Of a stretch of 64,000 nucleotides of DNA, positions 53,781 through 61,922 are shown piece by piece (position 1 is the first letter of the stretch; each line of letters starts with the position of its first letter). The stretch lies in the IMG/VR virus record IMGVR_UViG_3300009031_000221, positions 416,001 through 480,000 of that record; one strand, written 5' to 3'. Source of the DNA: a virus. Lineage: Duplodnaviria > Caudoviricetes. Made by a program: the position numbers and the translations under genes. Under the pieces are notes generated by a model. The model ran no database searches. It saw nothing but the letters and a program-made list of their open reading frames with translations, and was not told the origin of the DNA.

Positions 53781-54445
53781 TGATCAACGCATACCGAAAA
53801 CGCTTCCCTCAACGCCATACCGTTCTACCGGTCGTCCATGTCACGTCTTTGGAACAAGCCATCCGCAACGTCGAAATCGCTATCAATGCTGGTGCCGATG
53901 GTTGCTTCCTGATCAATCACACGATGACGTGGCAAAAGCTAATAGAAATCCACCAAACCGTATCGGAACAGTTCCCGGGTTTCTGGATCGGGGTCAATCT
54001 TTTGGATCTATTTCCGAACCAAGCGCTGAACAAAGTCCCGCACTACATGCCGGGTTTGTGGATGGACAGCTATGACGCCAACCGAGTAGATCACTATTTG
54101 GGGTTGTTGTTCGGTGGGGTAGCCTTCAAGTACCAAGCACCGGTAGCGGACGTAGCTGCCGCCGCACGTCAGGCATGCCAATACATGGACGTGGTTGTCA
54201 CGTCAGGTGTTGGGACAGGCAAAGCCCCGCCCGTAGCCAAGATCAAATCCATGAAGGAAGCCATCGGGGATTTCCCCCTTGCCATCGCTTCAGGTATCAC
54301 AACCCGAAACATCATCGACTTCCTGCCCTACGCGGATTCCTTCATGGTGGCAACGGGCATCTCCGCATCAGAAGATGAGTTGGATCCGGGCCTGACTGAC
54401 GTGTTGGTACGTATGGTCAGGGCATACGATGAACCCATTTCATAG
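53780..54445 (+). CDS. BtpA/SgcQ-family TIM-barrel protein
   Basis: LPVVH, GADG.FLIN, IGVNLL, FGGVAFKYQ, VVVTSG.GTG, IASGIT. Confidence 0.75.
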   Translation: MINAYRKRFPQRHTVLPVVHVTSLEQAIRNVEIAINAGADGCFLINHTMTWQKLIEIHQTVSEQFPGFWIGVNLLDLFPNQALNKVPHYMPGLWMDSYDANRVDHYLGLLFGGVAFKYQAPVADVAAAARQACQYMDVVVTSGVGTGKAPPVAKIKSMKEAIGDFPLAIASGITTRNIIDFLPYADSFMVATGISASEDELDPGLTDVLVRMVRAYDEPIS

Positions 54446-54453
54446 GTGATTGA

Positions 54454-55113
54454 ATGTACTACATCTTCGAGGGTATTGATGGATCAGGGAAGGACTGTCA
54501 GGCGGATTTGCTTGTCCATTACCTGACTAGGGACAAATCCTTTATTCCTACAAATCGAGTAGGGATCATGTCCAAGCCGTTAGCCCCTTACACACATCGT
54601 ATCAATGAACCGGACGCATCTAGCCCTACGGGGCGACTCCTCCGTGAATGTCTAAAGTCTGGGGCATATCCTACGGCTCATGCCGCCATGTTCCTCGCCG
54701 ATCGCATGGCATTACATGCCAAGATTCTGCCTTTCGTAGAAGCAAACCATGAAGTGGTTTCTAGTAGGTCATTCCTAAGTACCCTAGTATATCAGCAAGA
54801 GCAATGGCCCGGGCCTGAAGGATTGCAATGGCTTTTCGATCTACACCGGATGTTGCCTTGCAAGGCGGATTTCATATTCGTATTGGATGTTGATCCTGAT
54901 GTTGGGTTGGAACGGGTAGGAAAGCGGTCGAAGGATCTCGAGCTATACGAACGCTTGGATATCCAGTCCCGCAATAGGCGGAGATACCTTGCCCTGGCGA
55001 AGGATGAAAGGTTGAGTCAGTTTCTGACACCTAAAGGAAAAGTGATAGTAATTGACGCCATGGGCGAACCGGTGGCTGTACACAAAAAGGTCTTGGAGGC
55101 CATGGGGAGGTAA
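54454..55113 (+). CDS. tmk: thymidylate kinase
   Basis: IFEGIDGSGK, EP, FLADR, SSRSFLSTLVYQ, LDVDP, LYE. Confidence 0.85.
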   Translation: MYYIFEGIDGSGKDCQADLLVHYLTRDKSFIPTNRVGIMSKPLAPYTHRINEPDASSPTGRLLRECLKSGAYPTAHAAMFLADRMALHAKILPFVEANHEVVSSRSFLSTLVYQQEQWPGPEGLQWLFDLHRMLPCKADFIFVLDVDPDVGLERVGKRSKDLELYERLDIQSRNRRRYLALAKDERLSQFLTPKGKVIVIDAMGEPVAVHKKVLEAMGR

Positions 55114-55116
55114 GTC

Positions 55117-55650
55117 GTGGGAGGAAAGAATAAGGAACTCGCCAACATGAAGCGTAGGCAGAAGGCGGCTGAGAAGGCAAAGGTTCGGCGAGCTACCAAG
55201 AAGTATACCCCTGCATCGCCCGTCCAAGGGATGGGAAACCAAAGTGGCATCATGAACGTTAGTCTTGAAGATTTCCCAGAAGAAGCACACTTGTTCTGGC
55301 TGGCGCATGGTGTCAACTGCATCGTGTCGGATTATGACAAGGGAACCTGGAGCCCTCTGTTTGAGGGAATCTACGAGGGGAATTCCCCTGACCCAGAATC
55401 TATTGCCCAAGCCATCATGGACAAGTACAACGTCAATGACAAGGAATGGCCTGTAGAGGCCAAGTCCGCCCTTGCGTGGACTGTCACGGAACGCCATGTC
55501 GTCTACGTCTACTACCGGGAAGCGATCCGTCGTCTCACCGCCGCCCATGGTGGAGATGCCGATATCGAATCCATGAGCCGTCAACCGCACAACCCCATCG
55601 TATGGGCAATGTTCGCCTATCTGAAAGAGAAGACCCTCAAGAGGAAGTAA
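55117..55650 (+). CDS. hypothetical protein, basic N-terminus
   Basis: GGAGG RBS. Confidence 0.65.
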   Translation: MGGKNKELANMKRRQKAAEKAKVRRATKKYTPASPVQGMGNQSGIMNVSLEDFPEEAHLFWLAHGVNCIVSDYDKGTWSPLFEGIYEGNSPDPESIAQAIMDKYNVNDKEWPVEAKSALAWTVTERHVVYVYYREAIRRLTAAHGGDADIESMSRQPHNPIVWAMFAYLKEKTLKRK

Positions 55651-55653
55651 CAC

Positions 55654-56043
55654 ATGCAAGTATCCATTGTTCACCAAAACCTGGATCCAGTCATCTATCT
55701 GGATGCGGAAAATGGCATCACGTTGTTGTTCTACAACCCCAACCCAGGCACCACGCTTGGTGAAATGGATGAATATTCCTTCGACCGCATGTCCCCCTAC
55801 TATGTGCCCGCAAGTCAAGCTCAAGACTTGAGGCGGATGCTGGTTGACCTTCGGTCACCGGAATCCATCATCAATGAATTGGGCTTGACAACACGTAGCT
55901 ATGCCTGGGTCGAATCTTACATCAATCCACCGGAACCTATACGGGCACGGTTAGACTCGTCCGGTAGACTGATGGGTCGCCGACCCCGCCTTGTTCATGG
56001 TGGGATTGCAGGCTTGCGGACAATAGACGGCAATGAATGGTAA
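55654..56043 (+). CDS. hypothetical protein
   Basis: Gene tiling. Confidence 0.6.
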   Translation: MQVSIVHQNLDPVIYLDAENGITLLFYNPNPGTTLGEMDEYSFDRMSPYYVPASQAQDLRRMLVDLRSPESIINELGLTTRSYAWVESYINPPEPIRARLDSSGRLMGRRPRLVHGGIAGLRTIDGNEW

Positions 56044-56058
56044 CCATAAGGAATTAAC

Positions 56059-56298
56059 ATGAAACCAGTAGCATGTACAGGCGTAAACATCTACAACGGC
56101 GGAGTCACCTTTCAAGTCCTCGATGAGGGTGAGTTTGGCCCGTCTTTGGAAATCACTTCTAGTTCCTTCGGGAACATGAACCACACATTCCAAATCTACT
56201 TGACACCGGACTCCCTTCATGACTTGGCAGAGGTATTCAAGAAGGCTGCGGAACACAAGTTTACGGGACAGTATGTCCATGCCGCCAAATGCGATTGA
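56059..56298 (+). CDS. hypothetical protein
   Basis: AAGGAA RBS. Confidence 0.65.
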   Translation: MKPVACTGVNIYNGGVTFQVLDEGEFGPSLEITSSSFGNMNHTFQIYLTPDSLHDLAEVFKKAAEHKFTGQYVHAAKCD

Positions 56299-56304
56299 AA
56301 GGAA

Positions 56305-56931
56305 ATGATGCGAAAGCCAAATAACAAGGAACTGAAAGATATCAAACGCTACGCTTATGGCAGGCTTTGTTGGTGGAGCGAGGATATCGCCAAGGCCAAA
56401 GCTATCGTTGTAGCGCGGATCAAGGAAGACCGTGCCAATCCCGACAAACGGGATCCTGAGGTATTGAAGAAAGACCTTCGCAAGGCAGGACGCATTATAG
56501 CAAAACGCTATCGGGAAGATGCCCAAACTATTCGTGCTATCTGGAGAAATCCAAGCAATTACCGGAATATCCTAAAGCAGTGCATTATTGGCAGGTATAT
56601 CAGTACTCCTGAGGGAAGGACAAAGCTTGCCGAATCTATGACACAGCCTCTTCGTTGTGGCGGCAAGGACTACATCAACGGTGTAGGCTATACCAAGTAC
56701 GGCGGAAAGATGTTGACGGATGCGGAGTGCGAGATTCTACGGAAACGCAACAATGGGTCGGTAGTAGATTTGGGACATAGCTACCACTGCCCTGAATGCT
56801 ATGACCCCAGGACGCATCAAATTATTCCTGGATGTGTTCATTGTGCGGGCACGGGCGATTCCGAATGGTATCGTAACCTCCTACGTACGCATGTCCCTAA
56901 CAAGGGTACATGGAAACCCTCGGAGGCATAG
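56305..56931 (+). CDS. hypothetical protein with capsid-N-terminus-like segment
   Basis: KQCIIGRYISTPEGRTKLAESMTQPLR..DY; C-terminal CPEC..CVHC. Confidence 0.6.
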   Translation: MMRKPNNKELKDIKRYAYGRLCWWSEDIAKAKAIVVARIKEDRANPDKRDPEVLKKDLRKAGRIIAKRYREDAQTIRAIWRNPSNYRNILKQCIIGRYISTPEGRTKLAESMTQPLRCGGKDYINGVGYTKYGGKMLTDAECEILRKRNNGSVVDLGHSYHCPECYDPRTHQIIPGCVHCAGTGDSEWYRNLLRTHVPNKGTWKPSEA

Positions 56932-56934
56932 CAC

Positions 56935-57327
56935 ATGAACCTCGATGACGCGATTCTACATGCCCGGCATCAATCCTGCCAAGGTGGGGAATGCGGAGCG
57001 GAACATGACCAGTTAGCTATGTGGCTCGAGGAACTCCGTAACCTACGGGCAGAGCAAGCACGTCGTCATGGGGAATCGAAGGAAGCAGTCCTTGAGGTTC
57101 TGGAGAACGCGGAAGCTTGGACAGCGGATGGATTCGAGGATGCCTTGGTAGGGTATGCGGACGTGGCGCAACGAACCATTGCGGTCTATGACTACGAATC
57201 GTGTGTCGAGATTCTGATGTCCCGGGATGGAATGACCCGCGAAGGGGCTGAGGAATTCATTGAATTCAACGTTATTGGGGCGGATGTCGGGAAAGGAACT
57301 CCAGCATTTGCAACCCTCATCAAATAA
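56935..57327 (+). CDS. fusion of two small conserved phage domains
   Basis: LDDAI.HA...EH.QLA.WL.EL plus ADGFEDALVG..VYDY..EFN..GA.VG..TP. Confidence 0.6.
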   Translation: MNLDDAILHARHQSCQGGECGAEHDQLAMWLEELRNLRAEQARRHGESKEAVLEVLENAEAWTADGFEDALVGYADVAQRTIAVYDYESCVEILMSRDGMTREGAEEFIEFNVIGADVGKGTPAFATLIK

Positions 57328-57337
57328 GGAAACGAAC

Positions 57338-57679
57338 ATGGCTATTCTAGGTGTAGCGGGAAACAACCCCAATGGAAACGTGGTGATTCTGTCTGCGGAT
57401 GACGCGGATGATGCGACCACGGCACAAATGTTGGAACAGGCAAAGTTGGCCTTCATTGATACTGCCAAGTATATCATCGTCGCGAATGTGGATATCTATA
57501 CGAATACCCTGGATCTCAAGTACCTTGAAGGAAAGGTGCTATTCCTCCATGGGGAGGATATGAGCATGGACCAAGTCGATACCCTTCAAGGTCTTGTATC
57601 AGATGCTGTTGGGGATACCGATGTTGGCGTAATCATCACGAACTTTGAGATCAATACGCGGGTGGTTGAATGTCGGTAA
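57338..57679 (+). CDS. hypothetical protein
   Basis: AAGGAA RBS. Confidence 0.65.
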   Translation: MAILGVAGNNPNGNVVILSADDADDATTAQMLEQAKLAFIDTAKYIIVANVDIYTNTLDLKYLEGKVLFLHGEDMSMDQVDTLQGLVSDAVGDTDVGVIITNFEINTRVVECR

Positions 57680-57993
57680 ACAAGTACACCATGCTCGTGG
57701 AGAAGCTCGCTACGGATGGCAAAGGCCAGATGACGTGCTTCGGCCAATCCATGATGCCTATCCTCAAGTCCGGTGGAACCGTCACCTTTGAGAAGCGGGA
57801 CTCCTATGCGGTAGGGGACATGGTATTCGCGAAGGTCAGGGGACGCTACATAGATTGTCATTTGATTACAAAGGTTGGTTCGGATGGCAGGTTCATGATT
57901 GCCAATAACCATGGATGGGAAAACGGTTGGACGGACACCATTTACGGCAAGGCAGTTTCTGTGACCTACAAAGGCGAAACCAAGGAGTTGTAA
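57670..57993 (+). CDS. S24/S26-family peptidase-like protein
   Basis: GQSMMP catalytic Ser motif, VGDMV, HLI. Confidence 0.65.
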   Translation: MSVNKYTMLVEKLATDGKGQMTCFGQSMMPILKSGGTVTFEKRDSYAVGDMVFAKVRGRYIDCHLITKVGSDGRFMIANNHGWENGWTDTIYGKAVSVTYKGETKEL

Positions 57994-57995
57994 CC

Positions 57996-58778
57996 ATGTG
58001 TGGAGCTACGTCAGACCTAATCATTTACGAAGGGCGGGCATATTCAGGTATGATCCGTGACATGGTTCCACGTCATTCTACGGTGCCGGATTACGAAAAC
58101 ATGAACTGTTTCGGGTCTAGCCACATCTTGATATTTCAGGCAGGGTTAGGCGAACCAATTGTAGCCCCATGGTTACTCATTCGTACCCCCACGAAAGAAA
58201 ATGGCCCTGTCATAGATGAAATGCAGCCTGAGCCAATCCCCAAGTCTATTGACGGGGTTGTATTGTCGGGCGTGTTTCGCCACATTGATTCATTCGGGTG
58301 CGGTTATCGCCTTGACACAACGTACCAGTATTTGTTTCAAGACGTCATACTGTTCCTCTATGACAACATAGAGTGCACTGAGCATGAACTAGTGATACGG
58401 AATTCCAAAGTCGTAGAACTCCGTAGCCTGGGTCCTGTCGCATATGAACGAGATCCGCCTGAAAAGTTGAAAAAAAGGTACAACATCATCGCCCGTATGA
58501 TGCGTGAACCAAATTGGCGCAACCGCATTTGGCGCACATTCACTGGATCCGACGCACTTCGCCTAAGGATGAATTACAGAGGACTGTGGGAAGGCGAATA
58601 CGAGTTCTTGTCTGAGGATGAGTTTTGGCAAGTCATTGAAAGGCATGCCAGCAGTTCCGGGCGCCTTAGTCTAGCTAGTGCTGTAATCGATGTGTCCGAC
58701 ACCCCCGTAAGAGGCCTCCATCAATTCCCGCATCCGTTTGTACGTCGAACCAAAGACATAGTTCAGTTCATACATTGA
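57996..58778 (+). CDS. hypothetical protein
   Basis: Tiling; start trimmed. Confidence 0.55.
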   Translation: MCGATSDLIIYEGRAYSGMIRDMVPRHSTVPDYENMNCFGSSHILIFQAGLGEPIVAPWLLIRTPTKENGPVIDEMQPEPIPKSIDGVVLSGVFRHIDSFGCGYRLDTTYQYLFQDVILFLYDNIECTEHELVIRNSKVVELRSLGPVAYERDPPEKLKKRYNIIARMMREPNWRNRIWRTFTGSDALRLRMNYRGLWEGEYEFLSEDEFWQVIERHASSSGRLSLASAVIDVSDTPVRGLHQFPHPFVRRTKDIVQFIH

Positions 58779-58788
58779 GAGAAACGAA

Positions 58789-59697
58789 ATGAAAACCAAA
58801 GTCCTGTTTGACATGGAAACGGGTGACCCGGATGACGTACTCACCCTGGCCTTGTTGGCTACGCATCCGAAGGCGGATCTACTTGGCGTGACCATCACTC
58901 CGGGTACTCCTGACCAAGTAGGCATCGTTCGTCATGTTCTAGATGCCGTGGGTCGTGGGGATCTTCCTGTGGGTGCATTCAACCTGGATCATGGGAAATC
59001 TTGCGTATCCGAATGGCACTACAAGACGTTCGGCAAAGTCCCACCAAGTAGGAACGCCCTCAAGGGCTGGGAAACCCTTTGTGACTTGTGGGACGAAGAC
59101 GTGACTTTGATCACGGGCGGACCCTTGAAGAACGTTGGGGCATTACTTCACCAATTTCAGGCTGCCTGGAACAACGGTATCAAGAATCACCTTTGGCGTT
59201 TCGATGTAGGGAACATTGTCGTCCAAGGCGGGTTTGCCGGGGATGGGGTTGTGCCTTTTGAAATGCAATTGCCCAAGTTCCACGGACGAACCACGTGCCC
59301 AACGTACAACTTGAATGGCGATCCCACGTCTGCCAAATCCGTTCTGGCATTTGAGGAACTACGGGGCAAGCGGCACTTCGTGTCCAAGAACGTTTGTCAT
59401 GGTGTTGTCTACGACCGGGAGATGCACGATATCGTATGTGCCGTCCCATGTCCCCATCCAGGCCTCGCCCTCATCAAACGGTCCATGGATGCCTACGTTG
59501 CCGGGGACGGCGCTAAGGCCTTGCATGACCCCTTGGCTGCCATGTGTGCCCTATACCCTGAGATTGGGGTATGGGCAGAAGTAGAGATCTATCGGGAACG
59601 TGGAGAGTGGGGATCCAAGCTATCCCCCGGATCAGGAACATGGATCCTGATTGGATATGACAGGAAGCGCTTCTTGGAAGCCTTCTGCGAGGTCTAA
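58789..59697 (+). CDS. inosine/uridine-preferring nucleoside hydrolase family protein
   Basis: DMETGDPDD, TGGPLKN, QGGF, TYNL, LHDP. Confidence 0.8.
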   Translation: MKTKVLFDMETGDPDDVLTLALLATHPKADLLGVTITPGTPDQVGIVRHVLDAVGRGDLPVGAFNLDHGKSCVSEWHYKTFGKVPPSRNALKGWETLCDLWDEDVTLITGGPLKNVGALLHQFQAAWNNGIKNHLWRFDVGNIVVQGGFAGDGVVPFEMQLPKFHGRTTCPTYNLNGDPTSAKSVLAFEELRGKRHFVSKNVCHGVVYDREMHDIVCAVPCPHPGLALIKRSMDAYVAGDGAKALHDPLAAMCALYPEIGVWAEVEIYRERGEWGSKLSPGSGTWILIGYDRKRFLEAFCEV

Positions 59698-59700
59698 TCC

Positions 59701-59889
59701 CTACATGTCAATGATGAACACGCCGCGTTCGGAATCGACGTCATCGTCGGATTGAGCGCTGGTAGGCCTATCGGTAAATCCTGGGGGCATTGATTCAGGC
59801 ATCGGCAACCGAAGCATGGGTTGCACAGGTTTTACGGGTTGACGGATCTGCTCTTGACGCAACTGTTCAAGTTCTTCAAGCCATCCCAT
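59701..59889 (-). CDS. hypothetical protein
   Basis: Tiling; GAGG RBS. Confidence 0.55.
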   Translation of the reverse strand: MGWLEELEQLRQEQIRQPVKPVQPMLRLPMPESMPPGFTDRPTSAQSDDDVDSERGVFIIDM

Positions 59890-59891
59890 GG

Positions 59892-60221
59892 TTACACCTC
59901 TTCCAAATCCTTGTAGAACTTTGCCAGTTTGTCGGCCTCGAATCCCAAGCTCAGGTAGATGTCCCGTTCCATTCGCCGCACGTTGCGGTTCTCCTCCTCC
60001 GTTTCACTATAACCCCCGCGACGAAAGATGTCGAGGAGGGCGGAGTAGAACTCGAGTTCCAGGTCGGACTCGGGCTTGAACCCCTCCAGGGCACCCTTCA
60101 AGCAACGCATCATCAGGTAGCTCATGTGCGGAGTCGGGTTGAGCACAACTCCATCCAGGGATGGGGGAGCCAAAAAACACGAAGCGTTCAACAGAGATTC
60201 CAAGTCCTTGCGGATATCCAT
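59892..60221 (-). CDS. hypothetical protein
   Basis: TAATG-type coupling; start trimmed. Confidence 0.6.
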   Translation of the reverse strand: MDIRKDLESLLNASCFLAPPSLDGVVLNPTPHMSYLMMRCLKGALEGFKPESDLELEFYSALLDIFRRGGYSETEEENRNVRRMERDIYLSLGFEADKLAKFYKDLEEV

Positions 60222-60628
60222 TAGCCAGCCCTCCCCGCGATGCCCGTGATCTGATCGCCGCCACCGCCACCATGGGTCGGGCTGCTTCCTGGGCCATACC
60301 AACGATCATGGGGATTGCTGCTGAACGTGCGGACATCGCGCTGTGGCGTGACACCCTTCAGGTTCAACCCGTAGCCTTCCAGCATGATGCGAAGGGTCGT
60401 GTTGTAGATGCCCGTGTACAGGTGCAACTTGACCAGTTCCGAGGTCGTGAACGTGTCCCGGTCGCTATCCATCATGAACTGGACGAAGTCTTCCACGGAT
60501 GCGAATTCCGGTTCCTCCTCCAGTTCCGGGGGAAGCTCCGGGTTCTCCATGTGGCGGAAGTCCGCATCACCCTTGCCGAAGCGGGGTTCGGGCTTCTCTT
60601 TCTCAGGGACGTAGGAAGTGCGTGCCAT
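60221..60628 (-). CDS. conserved phage hypothetical protein
   Basis: AAGGAACC RBS after element at 60667. Confidence 0.75.
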   Translation of the reverse strand: MARTSYVPEKEKPEPRFGKGDADFRHMENPELPPELEEEPEFASVEDFVQFMMDSDRDTFTTSELVKLHLYTGIYNTTLRIMLEGYGLNLKGVTPQRDVRTFSSNPHDRWYGPGSSPTHGGGGGDQITGIAGRAG

Positions 60629-60666
60629 GTTCGGTTCCTTCAGGCGTCGTTCGCGCCCTATGTAGG

Positions 60667-60693
60667 ATCTACGCTGGCAGGAGCGAAAGTAAG
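60667..60693 (-). promoter_or_regulatory. conserved promoter-like element
   Basis: CTTACTT-N12-GCGTAGAT; hairpin GGGCG-CGAACGA-CGCCT at 60642..60658. Confidence 0.85.
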
Positions 60694-60694
60694 C

Positions 60695-60895
60695 CTAAAG
60701 CATGCCCATCATTATCAACGTGCCCCCGAAACATCCGGCGCTGCCGACCAACAGGATGGCTTTGTAGAACCACGGGACACCTGACCAATTGTCCCCATCA
60801 TTGACGCTGATGACGTAGAGAAGGGTTCCCGCGGATGGCAGTCCGAAGACAAGGATAAGCATAAGTCCTTGGATGATGTTCGTAGGGATGTTCAT
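60695..60895 (-). CDS. small membrane protein
   Basis: Two TM segments; stop abuts element. Confidence 0.6.
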   Translation of the reverse strand: MNIPTNIIQGLMLILVFGLPSAGTLLYVISVNDGDNWSGVPWFYKAILLVGSAGCFGGTLIMMGML

Positions 60896-61344
60896 GCCTT
60901 GTCACCTTGGGCATCCCACCCATAATTGTCCTGCTTCTTCGCAGCCTTGCGGGACAATTCCTGGGGCAGGGGCTTGGTGCAAACGAACTGCAACACCGGC
61001 CAATGGTTGAGTTCCTCGAACACCGTCCAACCCTGCTCCTCGGCGAAGATCTTGGCAACACGTGTTGCCTCCGCACCGAAGTAGGCATACGAATGGGATC
61101 CGAAGCCTTGCAGTGGCAGGGTCATGTTGTAGGCGTCTTCCACTGCCTGGTAATCGACGGTGACCACGAAGGTGTAATCGTAGGTATTTTCCTGAACCTT
61201 GAGCTTGCCGCCCCTGACCGTCATTTCCATGGGACGGCTACTGTAGCCACAGGTGCTACTGCCATGGATGGTGATGGGGTACGTCTTTTCAGCAATGGTG
61301 CCGTTGGCCTGTTCAATGCCGTTACGATACATTCCGAGGTTCAT
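60892..61344 (-). CDS. hypothetical protein
   Basis: GGAG RBS; start trimmed. Confidence 0.65.
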   Translation of the reverse strand: MNLGMYRNGIEQANGTIAEKTYPITIHGSSTCGYSSRPMEMTVRGGKLKVQENTYDYTFVVTVDYQAVEDAYNMTLPLQGFGSHSYAYFGAEATRVAKIFAEEQGWTVFEELNHWPVLQFVCTKPLPQELSRKAAKKQDNYGWDAQGDKA

Positions 61345-61367
61345 TGTGCATTCTCCAAGTTCAGATG

Positions 61368-61775
61368 TTAGGGTTCCCAACCCTCGAGGGTGCAACCGCC
61401 ATCCATCGGGTTCGATTCCGGGTTGATGACCCGATCCCCGACGATGAAACGGCCGCGGGAAATCGGCTCCGCATCCAAGATGGTCGTGCGGTACTTGCCG
61501 TTCTTGGCGTACTGCGAAGACAAACGCTTGTTCGCATGGAACTCACGCTCCGCACCGTAGGCCAAATCAAGCGTCGAGTACGGGCCAACGATGTGGTTCT
61601 CGTCCTGGCAACACGTGCATCCCGTACGGCATTCCACGAAGAAGAGTTCCTGCGTGACAGGCGCCTCTTCATATTCTCGCCCAGTGCAGGGCGGGGCATC
61701 GTCAGTAGTCCCGCCTGCCATGTCCGTACAATAGCCACAACGAGTGCAAGTTCCAAATGTCCAATCGTGCTGCAT
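61368..61775 (-). CDS. hypothetical protein
   Basis: ACGATG start after element at 61816. Confidence 0.7.
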   Translation of the reverse strand: MQHDWTFGTCTRCGYCTDMAGGTTDDAPPCTGREYEEAPVTQELFFVECRTGCTCCQDENHIVGPYSTLDLAYGAEREFHANKRLSSQYAKNGKYRTTILDAEPISRGRFIVGDRVINPESNPMDGGCTLEGWEP

Positions 61776-61815
61776 CGTTCGTTCGTTCCTTGAAGGACTT
61801 CATGCCCTACCATCT

Positions 61816-61842
61816 ATCTACGCTACTAGAAGGGAAAGTAAG
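61816..61842 (-). promoter_or_regulatory. conserved promoter-like element (divergent pair, left)
   Basis: CTTACTT-N12-GCGTAGAT. Confidence 0.85.
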
Positions 61843-61857
61843 TCATGACCCGTTGGA

Positions 61858-61884
61858 CTTACTTTCTTGGGGAGGAGCGTAGAC
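61858..61884 (+). promoter_or_regulatory. conserved promoter-like element (divergent pair, right)
   Basis: CTTACTT-N12-GCGTAGAC; hairpin GGGCG-TCAA-TGCCC follows. Confidence 0.85.
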
Positions 61885-61922
61885 AGGCTACCCGGGCGTC
61901 AATGCCCTGCTAGGAGGCACAC

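Noticed and set aside
54454-55113. Thymidylate kinase P-loop GSGKD instead of GSGK(S/T) as evidence of modified-base metabolism
   Set aside because: GKD P-loops are known in phage dNMP kinases, and no base-modification cluster is visible in the window
61410-61422. GGTTCGATTCC T-loop-like sequence suggesting a tRNA
   Set aside because: No T-stem pairing or cloverleaf; lies inside ORF 61368..61775. No tRNA found elsewhere by eye
2651-61884. Repeated element read as CRISPR repeats or integron attC sites
   Set aside because: Copies are dispersed, bipartite with a variable 12-nt core, oriented with transcription, not palindromic and not regularly spaced; no cas or intI gene seen
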